DNA of 64,000 bases from an uncultured Actinomycetota bacterium. GTDB taxonomy: Bacteria > Actinomycetota > Actinomycetes > Streptosporangiales > Streptosporangiaceae. Below, in pieces: positions 29,560 through 40,340 of the stretch. The position numbers and the translations under genes were made by a program. The first letter of the stretch is position 1; the number at the start of each line of letters is the position of its first letter. The notes below the pieces were generated by a model. That model was not told where the DNA came from and did no database searches. It saw only the letters and a list, made by a program, of their open reading frames with translations. The stretch lies in the NCBI GenBank assembly GCA_963842355.1, contig CAWJGC010000006.1:54072-118071 (forward strand). Reading direction: 5' to 3'.

Positions 29560-31301
29560 TCGAAAGACCAGGTGCCCGGCAGGACCAGCGGTCCGTAGGG
29601 CGACAGGCCGACCTGGCTGGCCAGGCGCCAGACGGGTCCCCAGGCCTCGGCGATCGCGGCGAAGGCGGGAAGGGTGGTGAGGGCGGGGAGGGTGGCGAGG
29701 GCGGGGGAGAGAGCCGCGGGCCGGGCGTCGGCGGAGCCCGGGCGCAGCCGGTCCAGGGGTGAGGACCGGGGGTAGATCCGCAGCGGCGCGGTGGCGGGCA
29801 GCCCGGCCCGGCGCCGCGCGATCGCGGCCGTCCGGTCCAGGCCGCCGAGCTCGTCCACCAGCCCGTTGGCCAGCGCGTCCGCGCCGGTCCACACCCGTCC
29901 CCGGGCCAGTTCGTGCACCCGGTCGGCCGGCATCCGGCGGCCGGCGGCGACCTTGCCGGTGAAGTCCGCATAGATGTGATCGAGCCAGTTGTTGACCAGC
30001 GCCCACTCATCCTCGGTGAACGGGCGGCTGGTCTTGAACATCTCCGAGTGCGCGCCCTCGGCGACCGAGTCCGTCGTCACCCCGGCCCGGCCGAGCAACT
30101 CGCTGAGCACCGGCTTCCCGGACAGCACGCCGATAGAGCCGGTTACCGTGCCCGGCTGGGCGACGATCGCGTCGGCGGCCATCGAGATGTAGTACCCCCC
30201 GGAGGCCGCGACGTCGCCCATGGACACCACCACCGGCTTGCCGGCGCTGCGGGCCCGCACCACCTCGCGCCAGATGGTGTCCGAGGCGACGTAGGAGCCG
30301 CCGGGGCTGTTGACCCGCAACACGATCGCGTGCGCGGTCTCGTCGGCGGCGGCCGCCCGCAGCGCCGCGCTGATCGTGTCCGAGCCCATGCCGCCCGACA
30401 GCGGGCCGCGGCCGCTGCGGCCGCGCCGGATCGGCCCGGTCGCGTAGATCAGCGCGACGTGGCGCTGTCCGGGGTTCGGCAGCCTGCGGGCCCGCTCGGC
30501 CAGCGCGCGCGAGCGCTGGTAGCGGCCGACGGGCTGCAGGATCGCGTCGTCGCCGGCCTGCTTGCTGACCCGTGCGTACACCTCGTCCCGGTAGCCGAGT
30601 TCGTCCACCAGCCCGGCCTGGTGAGCCTGGGCGGCCAGGAACGGACCGCGGTCGATCAGCCCCCTGACCTCGGCGGGGCTGATCCCGCGCCGCTCGGCGA
30701 TCGCGTCGGTGAGCTGGCCGGTGACCGAAGCCGCCAGGCGCTCGGTGGCCTCGCGCGCCGGTCCGGAGTAGTTGCGCTCGGTGAGCTGCTCGGCCGCGCT
30801 CTTGTACTCATGCCGCTTGGCCACCTGGAAGTCGATGCCCAGGTGCTCCAGGGTTCCGCGCACGAAGAAGCGCTCCATCGCGATCCCGGTCAGCCCCAGG
30901 TCCCCCGACGGCTGCAGGTAGATCGTGTCGAAGGCGGTGGCCAGGTAGTACGGCACATTGCCGGCCGAGAACTCGCCGAAGGTCTCCGCCCACGCGACGG
31001 TCACCTTGCCCGCGTCGCGGAACTCCTCGACCGCGCGCCGGATCTCCTGCACCGTGGCGAGCCCGATCGGCCGTCCGCCGATTTTCGCGACCAGGGCCTT
31101 GACCCGCTGGTCGTTGCGGGCCCGGCGCAGGCCGTCGAGGAGATCGGCCAGCCGGGTCCGGCGCATGGTGAGCACCGCGGACACCGGGTCGGCGGGCGGC
31201 CCCTCGGCCACCCCGTCGGTGAGATCCAGTTCCAGGATCAGCGGCGCCGTCCGCTGGCGGCGCATTCGGGCTAGCTGGTCGGCCATCATCAACTCGGGCA
31301 T
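29556..31301 (-). CDS. sppA: signal peptide peptidase SppA (S49 family, two-domain type)
   Basis: 581 aa. GGYYISMAADAIVAQPGTVTGSIGV catalytic-Ser region. Confidence 0.85.
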   Translation of the reverse strand: MPELMMADQLARMRRQRTAPLILELDLTDGVAEGPPADPVSAVLTMRRTRLADLLDGLRRARNDQRVKALVAKIGGRPIGLATVQEIRRAVEEFRDAGKVTVAWAETFGEFSAGNVPYYLATAFDTIYLQPSGDLGLTGIAMERFFVRGTLEHLGIDFQVAKRHEYKSAAEQLTERNYSGPAREATERLAASVTGQLTDAIAERRGISPAEVRGLIDRGPFLAAQAHQAGLVDELGYRDEVYARVSKQAGDDAILQPVGRYQRSRALAERARRLPNPGQRHVALIYATGPIRRGRSGRGPLSGGMGSDTISAALRAAAADETAHAIVLRVNSPGGSYVASDTIWREVVRARSAGKPVVVSMGDVAASGGYYISMAADAIVAQPGTVTGSIGVLSGKPVLSELLGRAGVTTDSVAEGAHSEMFKTSRPFTEDEWALVNNWLDHIYADFTGKVAAGRRMPADRVHELARGRVWTGADALANGLVDELGGLDRTAAIARRRAGLPATAPLRIYPRSSPLDRLRPGSADARPAALSPALATLPALTTLPAFAAIAEAWGPVWRLASQVGLSPYGPLVLPGTWSFD

Positions 31302-31397
31302 GCGCTCAGCCTATGCCGCGGCGATCCGGGTGCCGGCGCGGTCGAGGCCCGCGACGGGTGCAGCCCGGGGTGGGCACGTGGGCTAAGGTCGGGCGCG

Positions 31398-32342
31398 ATG
31401 GTAGATCGGGACGGGAACGGCTGGACCACCTGTGACCTGGGGCACCGGCACTGGGGGCGATTCGGCGCGGCCGGGCTGCTGGCCTACGCCCCGGGCCCGG
31501 CTGATCGGGCTGGTGGGCGGGCTGATCCGGGCCGGGAAGGCCACGGGGCCGGGCCGACGTGCGTGCTGCTGCAGCGCCGTAGCTGGTGGGGCAACCACGG
31601 CGGCACCTGGGGACCACCCGGAGGCGCGCGGGACAGCCATGAATCGGCGGTGACCGCCGCGCTTCGCGAGGCCGAGGAGGAGTGCGCGATGCCGGCCGGG
31701 GCCGTAAGCGTGCGCGGGATCCTTCTCGACGACCACGGCGGCTGGTCCTACCAGACGGTGACCGCCGCGGCGCCGCGGCCGTTCCCGGTGCGCGCCGTGA
31801 GCAACGAGACCAGCCGGGCCTCCTGGGTGCCCGCGGATGACGTCGCCGCCCTGGACCTGCACCCGGGCTTCGCGGCCTGGTGGCCGGTACTCAGGGAGGC
31901 GCTGCAGCCGCTGACGATCATCGTCGACGCGGCCAACGTCATGGGCTCGCGGCCGGATGGCTGGTGGCGTGACCGCGCGGGCGCCGCCCGGAGGCTGCGC
32001 GATCAGCTCGCCGGCCTGGCCGCGGAGGGCATAACGGCGCTGCCCGAGACCACGCAGGCGCCGCCGCTGGACCGGTGGTTCCCCGAGATCGTCCTGGTGG
32101 TGGAAGGAGCGGCGAGGTCGGTGGCGGCCGCCCACGCGGCCGGCTCGCCGGATGGCGACGGATCGGGCGGCCGGGTCCGCGTCATCGCCGCTCCCGGCTC
32201 GGGTGACGACGCGATCGTGGCGGTGGCCGGGGACCGGGAGGGCCGGCGCCTGGTCGTGACCGCCGACCGTGAGTTGCGCGCACGGTGCGTGGCGGCGGGC
32301 GCGTCGGTGACCGGGCCCAGCTGGCTGCTCGGCCAGCTCTGA
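31398..32342 (+). CDS. Nudix hydrolase fused to a YacP-like NYN (PIN-like) domain
   Basis: Nudix box GGARDSHESAVTAALREAEEECAM. The C-terminal IIVDAANVMGSRPDGWW...VTADRELR resembles NYN/YacP. Confidence 0.7.
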   Translation: MVDRDGNGWTTCDLGHRHWGRFGAAGLLAYAPGPADRAGGRADPGREGHGAGPTCVLLQRRSWWGNHGGTWGPPGGARDSHESAVTAALREAEEECAMPAGAVSVRGILLDDHGGWSYQTVTAAAPRPFPVRAVSNETSRASWVPADDVAALDLHPGFAAWWPVLREALQPLTIIVDAANVMGSRPDGWWRDRAGAARRLRDQLAGLAAEGITALPETTQAPPLDRWFPEIVLVVEGAARSVAAAHAAGSPDGDGSGGRVRVIAAPGSGDDAIVAVAGDREGRRLVVTADRELRARCVAAGASVTGPSWLLGQL

Positions 32343-32361
32343 CGGGCCGGATCCCTCGTCG

Positions 32362-33228
32362 TCACGCCACCTGGATCGAGCGTTTCGCCAGCCCGAGCCA
32401 GTACCCGGTGATCGTGGTCACCGGCCGCGGGCTGTCGTCGGCGGCGCCGAGCGTCACGAACAGCGGGGCGAAGTGCTCGGTCGTCGGGTGCGCGTAGCGC
32501 GCGGCGGGCGCGCTGGTGAAGTTGGCCAGCGCGTCGACATCGCCCGAGTCCAGCGCGTCGGCGGCCCAGTGGTCGAACTCCAGCGACCAGCCGGGCGGGG
32601 GCGCGTCGAAACGGAAGTCCCGCAGGAACGGCAGGCCGTGGGTGAGGAAGCCGCTGCCGATGATCAGGACGCCCTCGTCCCGCAGCGGCCGCAGCGCCCG
32701 GCCGACCCGCAGCAGCCGCTCCGGGTCCAGGCTCGGCATCGACACCTGGAGCACCGGGATGTCGGCCTCGGGATACATCACCGTAAGCGGGACGTAGGCG
32801 CCGTGGTCCAGCCCCCGGCCGGGCAGGTCGGCGACCGGCCCCTGCCCCGCCAGCAGCCCGCGCACCCGCGCGGCCAGCCCGGGCGCGCCGGGGGCCGGGT
32901 ACCTGGCCCGGTAGTAGCGTTCGGCGAACCCGCCGAAGTCGTAGACGAGCGGTACCCCGTCCTGCGTGGCGCCGATCGTCAGCGGCGCGGACTCCCAGTG
33001 CGCCGAGACCGTCAAGATGGCCCGCGGACGCGGCAGCCCGCGGGCCCACGCCGTGAGCTGTACCACCCACAGCGGGTCGTCGACCAGCGGCGGCGCGCCG
33101 TGGCCCAGGTAGATCGCGGGCATCCGGCCCGGGCGCACGGCCGCCCCGGCCCGCCTGGCCACCTGGCCGGCCGCGTCCGCGGGAACCGGCTCGTGCTCAG
33201 GGTCCTGCGCCTCAAGCTCCTCGTCCAT
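32362..33228 (-). CDS. class III extradiol ring-cleavage dioxygenase (LigB/DODA family)
   Basis: MPAIYLGHGAPP and ILTVSAHWES motifs. The start is set at ATG 33228 after GGAGGAG. Confidence 0.8.
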   Translation of the reverse strand: MDEELEAQDPEHEPVPADAAGQVARRAGAAVRPGRMPAIYLGHGAPPLVDDPLWVVQLTAWARGLPRPRAILTVSAHWESAPLTIGATQDGVPLVYDFGGFAERYYRARYPAPGAPGLAARVRGLLAGQGPVADLPGRGLDHGAYVPLTVMYPEADIPVLQVSMPSLDPERLLRVGRALRPLRDEGVLIIGSGFLTHGLPFLRDFRFDAPPPGWSLEFDHWAADALDSGDVDALANFTSAPAARYAHPTTEHFAPLFVTLGAADDSPRPVTTITGYWLGLAKRSIQVA

Positions 33229-33298
33229 GGCTCCTCCGGTCCGGGCGGGCGGGTATTTCTCTCGCGACGGTAGCGAAGCCGCGGGTAGCATCCGCGTC

Positions 33299-34129
33299 GT
33301 GCCCGGCGAATTCGAGTGGGACGAGACGTTGTACGCGGGAAGCGCGGCCTACTACGCGACCGGCCGGGTGCCCTATCCGCCCGAGCTCGCCCGGGCCCTG
33401 GCCGACCGGATGTCCCTCGACGGGTCGGGGCGGCTGCTCGACGTCGGATGCGGCCCCGGCTCGCTGACCCTGCTGCTGGCCCCGTACTTCGCCGAGGCCG
33501 TCGGCATCGACGCCGACCCGGACATGGTGGCGCAGGCCGCCGCCGCGGCCGGGCGGGCCGGTCGGGAGCACGTGAGCTTCCGGCAGATGCGGGCCGAGGA
33601 ACTGCCGGGAGGGCTGGGCACGTTCCGGCTGGTCAGCTTCGCCCAGTCGTTCCATTGGGTCGACCGGCCGCGAGTGGCCCGGACCGTGCACGGCATGCTG
33701 GAGCCGGGCGGCGCGTTCGCCCTCGTCTCCGCCAACACCCACGAGGGGGTCGCGGGCGACGAGCCGCTGCCCTCCCCGCGGCCGCCGCGGCAGCGGATCG
33801 CCTCGCTGGTGACCAGCTACCTCGGCCCGGTCCGGCGGGCCGGGCAGAGCCTGCTTCCCGGCGGGACGCCGTCGGGCGAGTACGCGATCCTGCGCGAGGC
33901 CGGCTTCCGGGATCGCGACCGCATCGAGATCGGCGGCGCGATCGTCAGCCGCACCGAGGACGAAGTGGTGGCCTCGGTGTTCTCCCTGTCCAGCGCCGCG
34001 CCGCACCTGTTCGGCGACCGCGTGGCCGCGTTCGAGCGTGACCTGCGCGGGCTGCTGCGGGAGGCCTCGCCCGACGGGCGGTTCTCCGAGCGGATGCGGG
34101 AGGTCGCCGTCGACCTGTGGCGCCCGTAG
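33299..34129 (+). CDS. class I SAM-dependent methyltransferase
   Basis: Motif I RLLDVGCGPGSLTLL. GTG 33299 is preferred over ATG 33227, which would overlap the divergent gene's start codon. Confidence 0.75.
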   Translation: MPGEFEWDETLYAGSAAYYATGRVPYPPELARALADRMSLDGSGRLLDVGCGPGSLTLLLAPYFAEAVGIDADPDMVAQAAAAAGRAGREHVSFRQMRAEELPGGLGTFRLVSFAQSFHWVDRPRVARTVHGMLEPGGAFALVSANTHEGVAGDEPLPSPRPPRQRIASLVTSYLGPVRRAGQSLLPGGTPSGEYAILREAGFRDRDRIEIGGAIVSRTEDEVVASVFSLSSAAPHLFGDRVAAFERDLRGLLREASPDGRFSERMREVAVDLWRP

Positions 34130-34148
34130 CACGGGAAGGGGGCGCGGC

Positions 34149-34640
34149 ATGCGGGTGGTGGCGCTGGCCGACACCCACGCGCCCCGGCGGTGGAAGTCCT
34201 GCCCGCCGCTGGTGGCCGGGGAGTTGGACGGGGCCGATCTCATCCTGCACGCCGGGGACGTGTGCACCGCCGCGGTCCTGGACGAGCTGTCCGGGTACGC
34301 CCCGGTGCTCGCCGTGCTCGGCAACAACGACGGACCCGACGTGGCCGGGTGGGGCGCGCCGGAGGCCCTCGAGACCGACCTCGACGGCCTGCCCGTGGCG
34401 ATGATCCACGACAGCGGCGCGGCGACGGGTCGGCTGCGGCGGCTGCGGCGCCGGTTTCCCGGAGCGGGCCTGGTGGTATTCGGGCACTCGCACATCCCGC
34501 TGATCGAGGCCGGTGACGGGATCACGATCGTCAACCCCGGCTCGCCCACCGACCGGCGCCGCCAGCCGCGCGGCACCGTCGCGGTGCTGCGCATCGAGTC
34601 CGGCCGGCTGGCCGAAGCCAGGATCGTCCCGGTCACCTGA
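34149..34640 (+). CDS. metallophosphoesterase (YfcE-like)
   Basis: VVALADTHAP, GNNDG and GHSHIP motifs. ATG 34149 follows a GGGAAGGGGG SD. Confidence 0.8.
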   Translation: MRVVALADTHAPRRWKSCPPLVAGELDGADLILHAGDVCTAAVLDELSGYAPVLAVLGNNDGPDVAGWGAPEALETDLDGLPVAMIHDSGAATGRLRRLRRRFPGAGLVVFGHSHIPLIEAGDGITIVNPGSPTDRRRQPRGTVAVLRIESGRLAEARIVPVT

Positions 34641-34648
34641 CCCCGAGG

Positions 34649-36913
34649 TCAGCTCTCGGGGGCCAGCCAGAGCACGCCGAGGGGCGGCAGGGTGACCACG
34701 GCCGAGGCAGGCTGGCCGTGCCACGGCTCGGCGACGGCCTCGACAGCGCCGAGATTGCCGACGCCGCTGCCGCCGTAGTCGGCCGCGTCGGTGTTGATCA
34801 TCTCGCGCCAGCGCCCGGCCGCGGGCAGCCCGATCCGGTATTCACGGTGCGGGTCGCCGGAGAAGTTCGCCACGCAGGCGACGAACGGGGCTCCAGGACC
34901 GGTTCCGCCTGCCCCGGGAAAACGCAGAAAGCTCAGAACGTTTCCCGCGGAGTCGGACGCGTCGATCCAGCCGAAACCGTCCGGGGTGAAATCCCGGCGC
35001 CAGAGGGCGGAATGGGCGCGGTACGCCTGGTTCAGGTCATGGACCAGCCGCTGCACCCCGCCGTGGAACCCCCCGGGCAGGATGCTGTCGCTCAGCGCCT
35101 GCCAGTCGAGGCCGACCTGCTCGGACCACTCGGCCTCCTGGCCGAACTCCGATCCCATGAACAGCAACTGCTTGCCCGGATGCGCCCACTGGTAGGCCAG
35201 CAGCGTGCGCAGCCCGGCGAACTGCCGCCACCGGTCGCCCGGCATCTTGTGCACCAGCGAGCCCTTGCCGTGCACCACCTCGTCGTGCGAGAGCGGCAGC
35301 ACGAAGTTCTCGCTGAACGCGTAGATCATCGAGAACGTGATCTCGTTGTGGTGGTAGTGCCGGAACACGGGATCCCGGGCCAGGTAGGCCAGGGTGTCGT
35401 GCATCCAGCCGAGATTCCACTTGAGACCGAACCCGAGCCCGCCCAGGTGCACCGGCCGGGTGACCCCCGGCCAGGCCGTGGACTCCTCGGCGATCACCAT
35501 GATGCCCGGCGCCCGCTTGTAGCAGGTGGCGTTCACCTCCTGCAGGAACGAGACCGCATCCAGGTTCTCCCGGCCGCCGTAGGCGTTCGGCGTCCACTCC
35601 CCGTCCTGGCGCGAGTAGTCCAGGTAGAGCATGGACGCCACGGCGTCGACCCGGAGGCCGTCGATGTGGAACTCCTCCAGCCAGTAGATCGCGTTGGCGA
35701 CCAGGAAGTTGCGGACCTCGCGCCGGCCGAAGTCGAAGATCAGCGTGCCCCAGTCCGGGTGCTCGCCGCGCCGGGGGTCGGCATTCTCGTACAGCGGCGT
35801 GCCGTCGAAGCGGGCCAGCGCCCAGTCGTCGCGGGGAAAGTGCGCGGGCACCCAGTCCACGATGACGCCGAGGCCCGCCTGGTGCAGCCGGTCCACCAGG
35901 CAGCGGAACTCATCCGGGGTGCCGAACCGGGCCGTGGGCGCGTAGTACGAGGTCACCTGGTAGCCCCAGGACCCGCCGTAAGGGTGCTCGGCCACCGGCA
36001 GCAACTCCACGTGGGTGAAGCCGAGCTGGGTGACGTAGGCGGTGAGCTGGTCGGCCAGTTCGGTGTAGGTGAGTCCGGGACGCCACGAGCCGAGGTGCAC
36101 CTCGTACACGCTCATCGGCTGGACCAGCGGATCGCGCCTGGCCCGCGCGGCCATCCACTCCTGGTCGGCCCACTCGTACTCCGAATCCCACACCACCGAC
36201 GCCGTCGCGGGCGGCCGCTCGGCCCGCTCGGCCATCGGGTCGGCCTTGCGGTGCCAGCTTCCGTCCGGCCCGCAGATGTCGTACTTGTACCGCGTGCCGG
36301 GCCCCACCCCGGGCACGAAGAGCTCCCAGATACCGGAAGCGCCCAGCGAGCGCATCGGGTGCGCGCGCCCGTCCCAGTGGTTGAAGTCGCCGATCACGCG
36401 CACGCCCCGCGCGCTCGGCGCCCAGACGGCGAACGCCGTTCCGCCGGCTTTCTCGCTCACGTGGGCGCCGAGGACCCGCCACAGCTCCTCGTGCCGGCCC
36501 TCCCCGATCAGGTGCAGGTCGACCTCGCCGAGCGTCGGCAGGTGCCGGTACGGATCGTCGATGACCGTCTCGGGCAGGGTCGTGCCGTCCGCTCCCCGCG
36601 CTGGGTAGGTGACCGCGAGCCGGTAGTCGGGGACCTGCGTGAGCGGCAGCGTCGCGGCGAAGACGCCCTGGTGCACGTGGGCCAGGGGGAACCGGCGCCC
36701 GTCGGGCAGCACGGCCGTGACCGAGGCCGCGAGCGGCCGCAGCGCGCGCACGACGGTCCCGCCGGGGACCGCGTGCGGCCCGAGGACCGAGTGCGGGTCG
36801 TGGTGCGTTCCGTCCAGGATCCTGTCGATCTCGGCGAGGTCGACCTGGCCGGGCAGGCCCGGCTGGACGGGCCTGCCGGGCCGGCCGGACGTGGCGCGCG
36901 GGGTACCGGTCAT
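34649..36913 (-). CDS. glgB: 1,4-alpha-glucan branching enzyme
   Basis: GH13 branching-enzyme sequence throughout. The ATG at 36913 overlaps the pep2 TGA (ATGA). Confidence 0.9.
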   Translation of the reverse strand: MTGTPRATSGRPGRPVQPGLPGQVDLAEIDRILDGTHHDPHSVLGPHAVPGGTVVRALRPLAASVTAVLPDGRRFPLAHVHQGVFAATLPLTQVPDYRLAVTYPARGADGTTLPETVIDDPYRHLPTLGEVDLHLIGEGRHEELWRVLGAHVSEKAGGTAFAVWAPSARGVRVIGDFNHWDGRAHPMRSLGASGIWELFVPGVGPGTRYKYDICGPDGSWHRKADPMAERAERPPATASVVWDSEYEWADQEWMAARARRDPLVQPMSVYEVHLGSWRPGLTYTELADQLTAYVTQLGFTHVELLPVAEHPYGGSWGYQVTSYYAPTARFGTPDEFRCLVDRLHQAGLGVIVDWVPAHFPRDDWALARFDGTPLYENADPRRGEHPDWGTLIFDFGRREVRNFLVANAIYWLEEFHIDGLRVDAVASMLYLDYSRQDGEWTPNAYGGRENLDAVSFLQEVNATCYKRAPGIMVIAEESTAWPGVTRPVHLGGLGFGLKWNLGWMHDTLAYLARDPVFRHYHHNEITFSMIYAFSENFVLPLSHDEVVHGKGSLVHKMPGDRWRQFAGLRTLLAYQWAHPGKQLLFMGSEFGQEAEWSEQVGLDWQALSDSILPGGFHGGVQRLVHDLNQAYRAHSALWRRDFTPDGFGWIDASDSAGNVLSFLRFPGAGGTGPGAPFVACVANFSGDPHREYRIGLPAAGRWREMINTDAADYGGSGVGNLGAVEAVAEPWHGQPASAVVTLPPLGVLWLAPES

Positions 36914-38304
36914 AACGCGCTGGCAATCGAGCTGAGCGGGATCGGCAACCAGGCCGGGCGGTGCCTGGCCTCGTAAATCACCTCGTACACCGCCTTGTCG
37001 AGCATCAGGGCGCGCAGCAGGACGACGTTGGCCTGCGGATCCATCCCGCCGGCCTCGGTGTAGCCCTTGCTGAACGCCGCCTGGCTGCGTTCCACCCACT
37101 CGTCCGCCGCGCCGCGGAGCGCCTCGGCGTCCGGACGGTCAAGGAGCTGCTGGCGGGCCACGTAGTCGAACGAACGGAGCATACCGGCCACGTCCCGCAG
37201 CGGGACGCTCCGCTTCCGCCGCTGCCGGAGCGGCAGCACCGGCTCGCCCTCGAAGTCCAGGATCACCCAGCCGGTCGGGGTGCGCAGCACCTGGCCGAGG
37301 TGGTAGTCGCCGTGCACGCGCTGCACCCGCAGCGGCCCGCTGGCCTCGGCGAGGTCCGCGTAATAGCCGCGGAGCTTGCCCGCGTACCGGCGCAGTTCGG
37401 GCACCTCGACGGCGGCCCGGTCCAGCCGGGCGGTCATCTGGCCGGCCAGGTCGGCGACGGCCCGGGAACCGATCTCGGCGGTACCGAACTCCTCGGCCAG
37501 GTCGGCGTGCACCTCCGCGGTGGCCGCGCCGAGCCGGAACGCCTCTCCGGCGAAGTCACCGCCGGCCTGTTCCGGCCGCAGGCTGCCCGCCTCGCTGACG
37601 CCGTCACCGGAGTAGAGGTCGCGCAGGCTCGTGACCGCCAGCGACCAGCCGTCCGTCGCGCCCGGCAGGAACCGCGACAAGATCGCGAGCAGGGTCGGCT
37701 CGCGGTCGCCGTCGATCGTGGTCTCGATCCAGCCGTACGGCTCGGCCACGTGCGGTGAGCCGCGCCGCGCCAGCGCCCGGGTGATCTCGAGGTCGGGGTT
37801 CTGCCCGGGGAACAGCTTGCGCAGTACCTTGAGGATCGCCCAGTCACCGAAGGTCAGGCTGGTGTTGCTCTGCTCGGCGGTCATCGCCAGGCTGTCCGCC
37901 CCGGTGTCGATGGCCGCACCGGGCTCCCGGGCGAAGCGCAGCGTCCCGACGGCCAGCTGCTCGGACATCAGGCGCAGCAGGACCCGGGTGAGCTCGGGAT
38001 CGTGCAGGGCGTCGTAGGCCGTCGCGCCGGAACCGGCCGGCCCGATGACGGCGTGCCGCAGCGTATCGGGCACGCGCGAGCGGATGCCGGCCAGGACCTG
38101 GTACCTGACGGCCTCGCCGTTCTGGGACACCGTGATGACCAGGTGCCGCAACTCGGGGTCTCCGGCCGCCAGGGTGGTATCGGCAGTTATCACCAGGTCA
38201 CGGACCGTCGCGGTGCCCGAATACCACCGCTGCGCCGGCAGCCACGTGGCTAGCGTGTCCGTAAATGTCATGGCTTCTGATCTACCCCGCAGTTCGCTGG
38301 TCAT
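36910..38304 (-). CDS. pep2: maltokinase (maltose 1-phosphate-forming)
   Basis: N-terminal [10 protein letters not shown] cap motif and kinase motif [12 protein letters not shown]. Lies between treS and glgB. The start may be 38271. Confidence 0.8.
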   Translation of the reverse strand: MTSELRGRSEAMTFTDTLATWLPAQRWYSGTATVRDLVITADTTLAAGDPELRHLVITVSQNGEAVRYQVLAGIRSRVPDTLRHAVIGPAGSGATAYDALHDPELTRVLLRLMSEQLAVGTLRFAREPGAAIDTGADSLAMTAEQSNTSLTFGDWAILKVLRKLFPGQNPDLEITRALARRGSPHVAEPYGWIETTIDGDREPTLLAILSRFLPGATDGWSLAVTSLRDLYSGDGVSEAGSLRPEQAGGDFAGEAFRLGAATAEVHADLAEEFGTAEIGSRAVADLAGQMTARLDRAAVEVPELRRYAGKLRGYYADLAEASGPLRVQRVHGDYHLGQVLRTPTGWVILDFEGEPVLPLRQRRKRSVPLRDVAGMLRSFDYVARQQLLDRPDAEALRGAADEWVERSQAAFSKGYTEAGGMDPQANVVLLRALMLDKAVYEVIYEARHRPAWLPIPLSSIASAL

Positions 38305-38326
38305 CCCGGATACGGCGGGCCGGTCA

Positions 38327-40261
38327 CTATCGCGGCGGGGGGATCGGCGGGAGCTGGAACCAGTAGAAGCCGTGACCCGGCAGCGTCAGCAGGTAGGTGA
38401 GCTCGCCGATCGGCGGGAAGACCACGCCGCCCATGCACTCGATCGGGGTGATGCCCTTGAACCGGCGCAGGTCAAGCTCGACCGGCTGGGGGAACCGGGA
38501 CAGGTTGTTGACGCACAGGATCGTGTCGGTTCGTCTTTCCCCGCCCGCCCAGCCCTCGCCCTCCGGGCCCTCCGGGCCCTTCCCGCCCTTCCCGCCCTTC
38601 CCGCCCTTCCCGCCCTTCGCGCCGTCGCCCTCCCAGCCCCCAGCCTCCGGGTCAGGGGCGTGCTCCGGCTGGTACTCGCGGACGAACGCCAGCACGCTCG
38701 GGTTCGACGAGTTGAGCTCCTCGTACCCGCCCCGGCCGAAGACCGGGTGCCGCTTCCTGATCTCGATCATGCGCCTGGTCCAGTGCAGCAGCGAGCCGCC
38801 GTTGCGCTCCTGCGCCTCCACGTTGAGCGCCTGGTACCCGTAGATCGGGTCCATGATCAGCGGCAGGTAGAGCCGGGCCGGGTCGCAGCCGGAGAAGCCC
38901 GCGTTCCGGTCCGACGTCCACTGCATGGGCGTGCGCACGCCGTCACGGTCACCGAGCCAGATGTTGTCGCCCATCCCGATCTCGTCACCGTAGTAGAGCA
39001 CCGGCGAGCCGGGCAGCGACAGCAGCAGCGCGGTGAACAGCTCGAGCTGGTCACGGTCGTTGTCGAGCAGCGGGGCGAGCCGGCGCCTGATGCCGATGTT
39101 GGCCTTCATCCGGGGGTCGCGCGCGTACTCCGCGTACATGTAGTCGCGCTCGTCGTCGGCGACCATCTCCAGCGTGAGCTCGTCGTGGTTGCGCAGGAAG
39201 ATGCCCCACTGGCAGCCGGAAGGGATCGGCGGGGTCTGGGCCAGGATCTCGGAGATCGGGTAGCGCTGCTCCCGCCGCACCGCCATGAAGATGCGCGGCA
39301 TCAGCGGGAAATGGAACGCCATGTGGCACTCGTCGCCGCCGGCCTCGGGGTCGCCGAAGTACTGGACCACGTCCGCTGGCCACTGGTTGGCCTCGGCCAG
39401 CAGGACCCGGTCCGGGTAAAGCCGGTCCACCTCGGCCCGGACCCGCTTGAGGTACTCGTGCGTCTCCTTGAGGTTCTCGCAGTTGGTGCCCTCCCGCTCG
39501 TACAGGTACGGCACGGCGTCCAGCCGGAACCCGTCGATGCCCAGATCCAGCCAGAACCGCAGCACCTCGAGCATGGCGTCCTGGACCCTCGGGTTCTCGT
39601 AGTTCAGGTCCGGCTGGTGCGAGAAGAACCTGTGCCAGTAGTACTGGCCCCGGACCTGGTCGAAGGTCCAGTTGGACTGCTCGGTGTCGACGAAGATGAC
39701 CCGGGCCTCGGGGTAGCGGTCGTCGGTGTCCGACCAGACGTAGAAGTCGCCGAACGGGCCGTCGGGGTCGGCCCGCGACGCCTGGAACCACGGGTGGGCC
39801 TCGCTGGTGTGGTTCATCACCAGGTCGGCGATGACCCTGATGCCGCGTTCGTGCGCCGCCTCGACCAGTTCGACGAAATCCCCGATGTTGCCGAACTCCC
39901 CGAGAATTTTCATGAAATCTGAGATGTCATATCCGCCATCACGCAGCGGCGACTCATAAATGGGCAGCAGCCAGATGCAGTCGATGCCGAGCCATTGCAG
40001 GTAATCGAGCCGGGAGGTGAGGCCGCGTAGGTCGCCCGTGCCGTCGCCGTTCGAGTCGTGGAAGCCGCGGACCAGCACCTCGTAGAAGACCGCGTGCTTA
40101 TACCACTGCGGATCGCGCGGTTGGGCGAACGAGAAGGAGTCGGGTATCGGCTCGCTGGGCGCGGCGGCCGTGCCGGGCTGGAAAGCAGGCAGCGGCTGGC
40201 CTATGGCGCCGAAAGCCGTCGGCCTGGGCGGTGTCCCCACTGCGGTCTCCCCGGTCTCCAA
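38327..40261 (-). CDS. treS: trehalose synthase / maltose alpha-D-glucosyltransferase
   Basis: [28 protein letters not shown] and GH13 motifs. The ORF-track start is TTG, so the start is uncertain. Confidence 0.9.
   Translation of the reverse strand: METGETAVGTPPRPTAFGAIGQPLPAFQPGTAAAPSEPIPDSFSFAQPRDPQWYKHAVFYEVLVRGFHDSNGDGTGDLRGLTSRLDYLQWLGIDCIWLLPIYESPLRDGGYDISDFMKILGEFGNIGDFVELVEAAHERGIRVIADLVMNHTSEAHPWFQASRADPDGPFGDFYVWSDTDDRYPEARVIFVDTEQSNWTFDQVRGQYYWHRFFSHQPDLNYENPRVQDAMLEVLRFWLDLGIDGFRLDAVPYLYEREGTNCENLKETHEYLKRVRAEVDRLYPDRVLLAEANQWPADVVQYFGDPEAGGDECHMAFHFPLMPRIFMAVRREQRYPISEILAQTPPIPSGCQWGIFLRNHDELTLEMVADDERDYMYAEYARDPRMKANIGIRRRLAPLLDNDRDQLELFTALLLSLPGSPVLYYGDEIGMGDNIWLGDRDGVRTPMQWTSDRNAGFSGCDPARLYLPLIMDPIYGYQALNVEAQERNGGSLLHWTRRMIEIRKRHPVFGRGGYEELNSSNPSVLAFVREYQPEHAPDPEAGGWEGDGAKGGKGGKGGKGGKGPEGPEGEGWAGGERRTDTILCVNNLSRFPQPVELDLRRFKGITPIECMGGVVFPPIGELTYLLTLPGHGFYWFQLPPIPPPR
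38561..38625. repeat. 9-bp microsatellite inside treS (encodes PEG x2 / GKG x4-5 on the minus strand)
   Basis: CTCCGGGCC x2, then CTTCCCGCC x4 plus a variant. Confidence 0.9.
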
Positions 40262-40340
40262 GGTCCGTGTGTGCTCGAACTCTGTGTCTCGTGTGCCTGC
40301 TGTTCGTTATGTCTGCCAATACCGTTACCGGCCATGTCCG

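Noticed and set aside
33227-33298. ATG 33227 as start of the methyltransferase
   Set aside because: It shares the CCATGG palindrome with the divergent dioxygenase start (33228), which would leave no promoter or RBS space. Conserved MTase sequence begins after GTG 33299.
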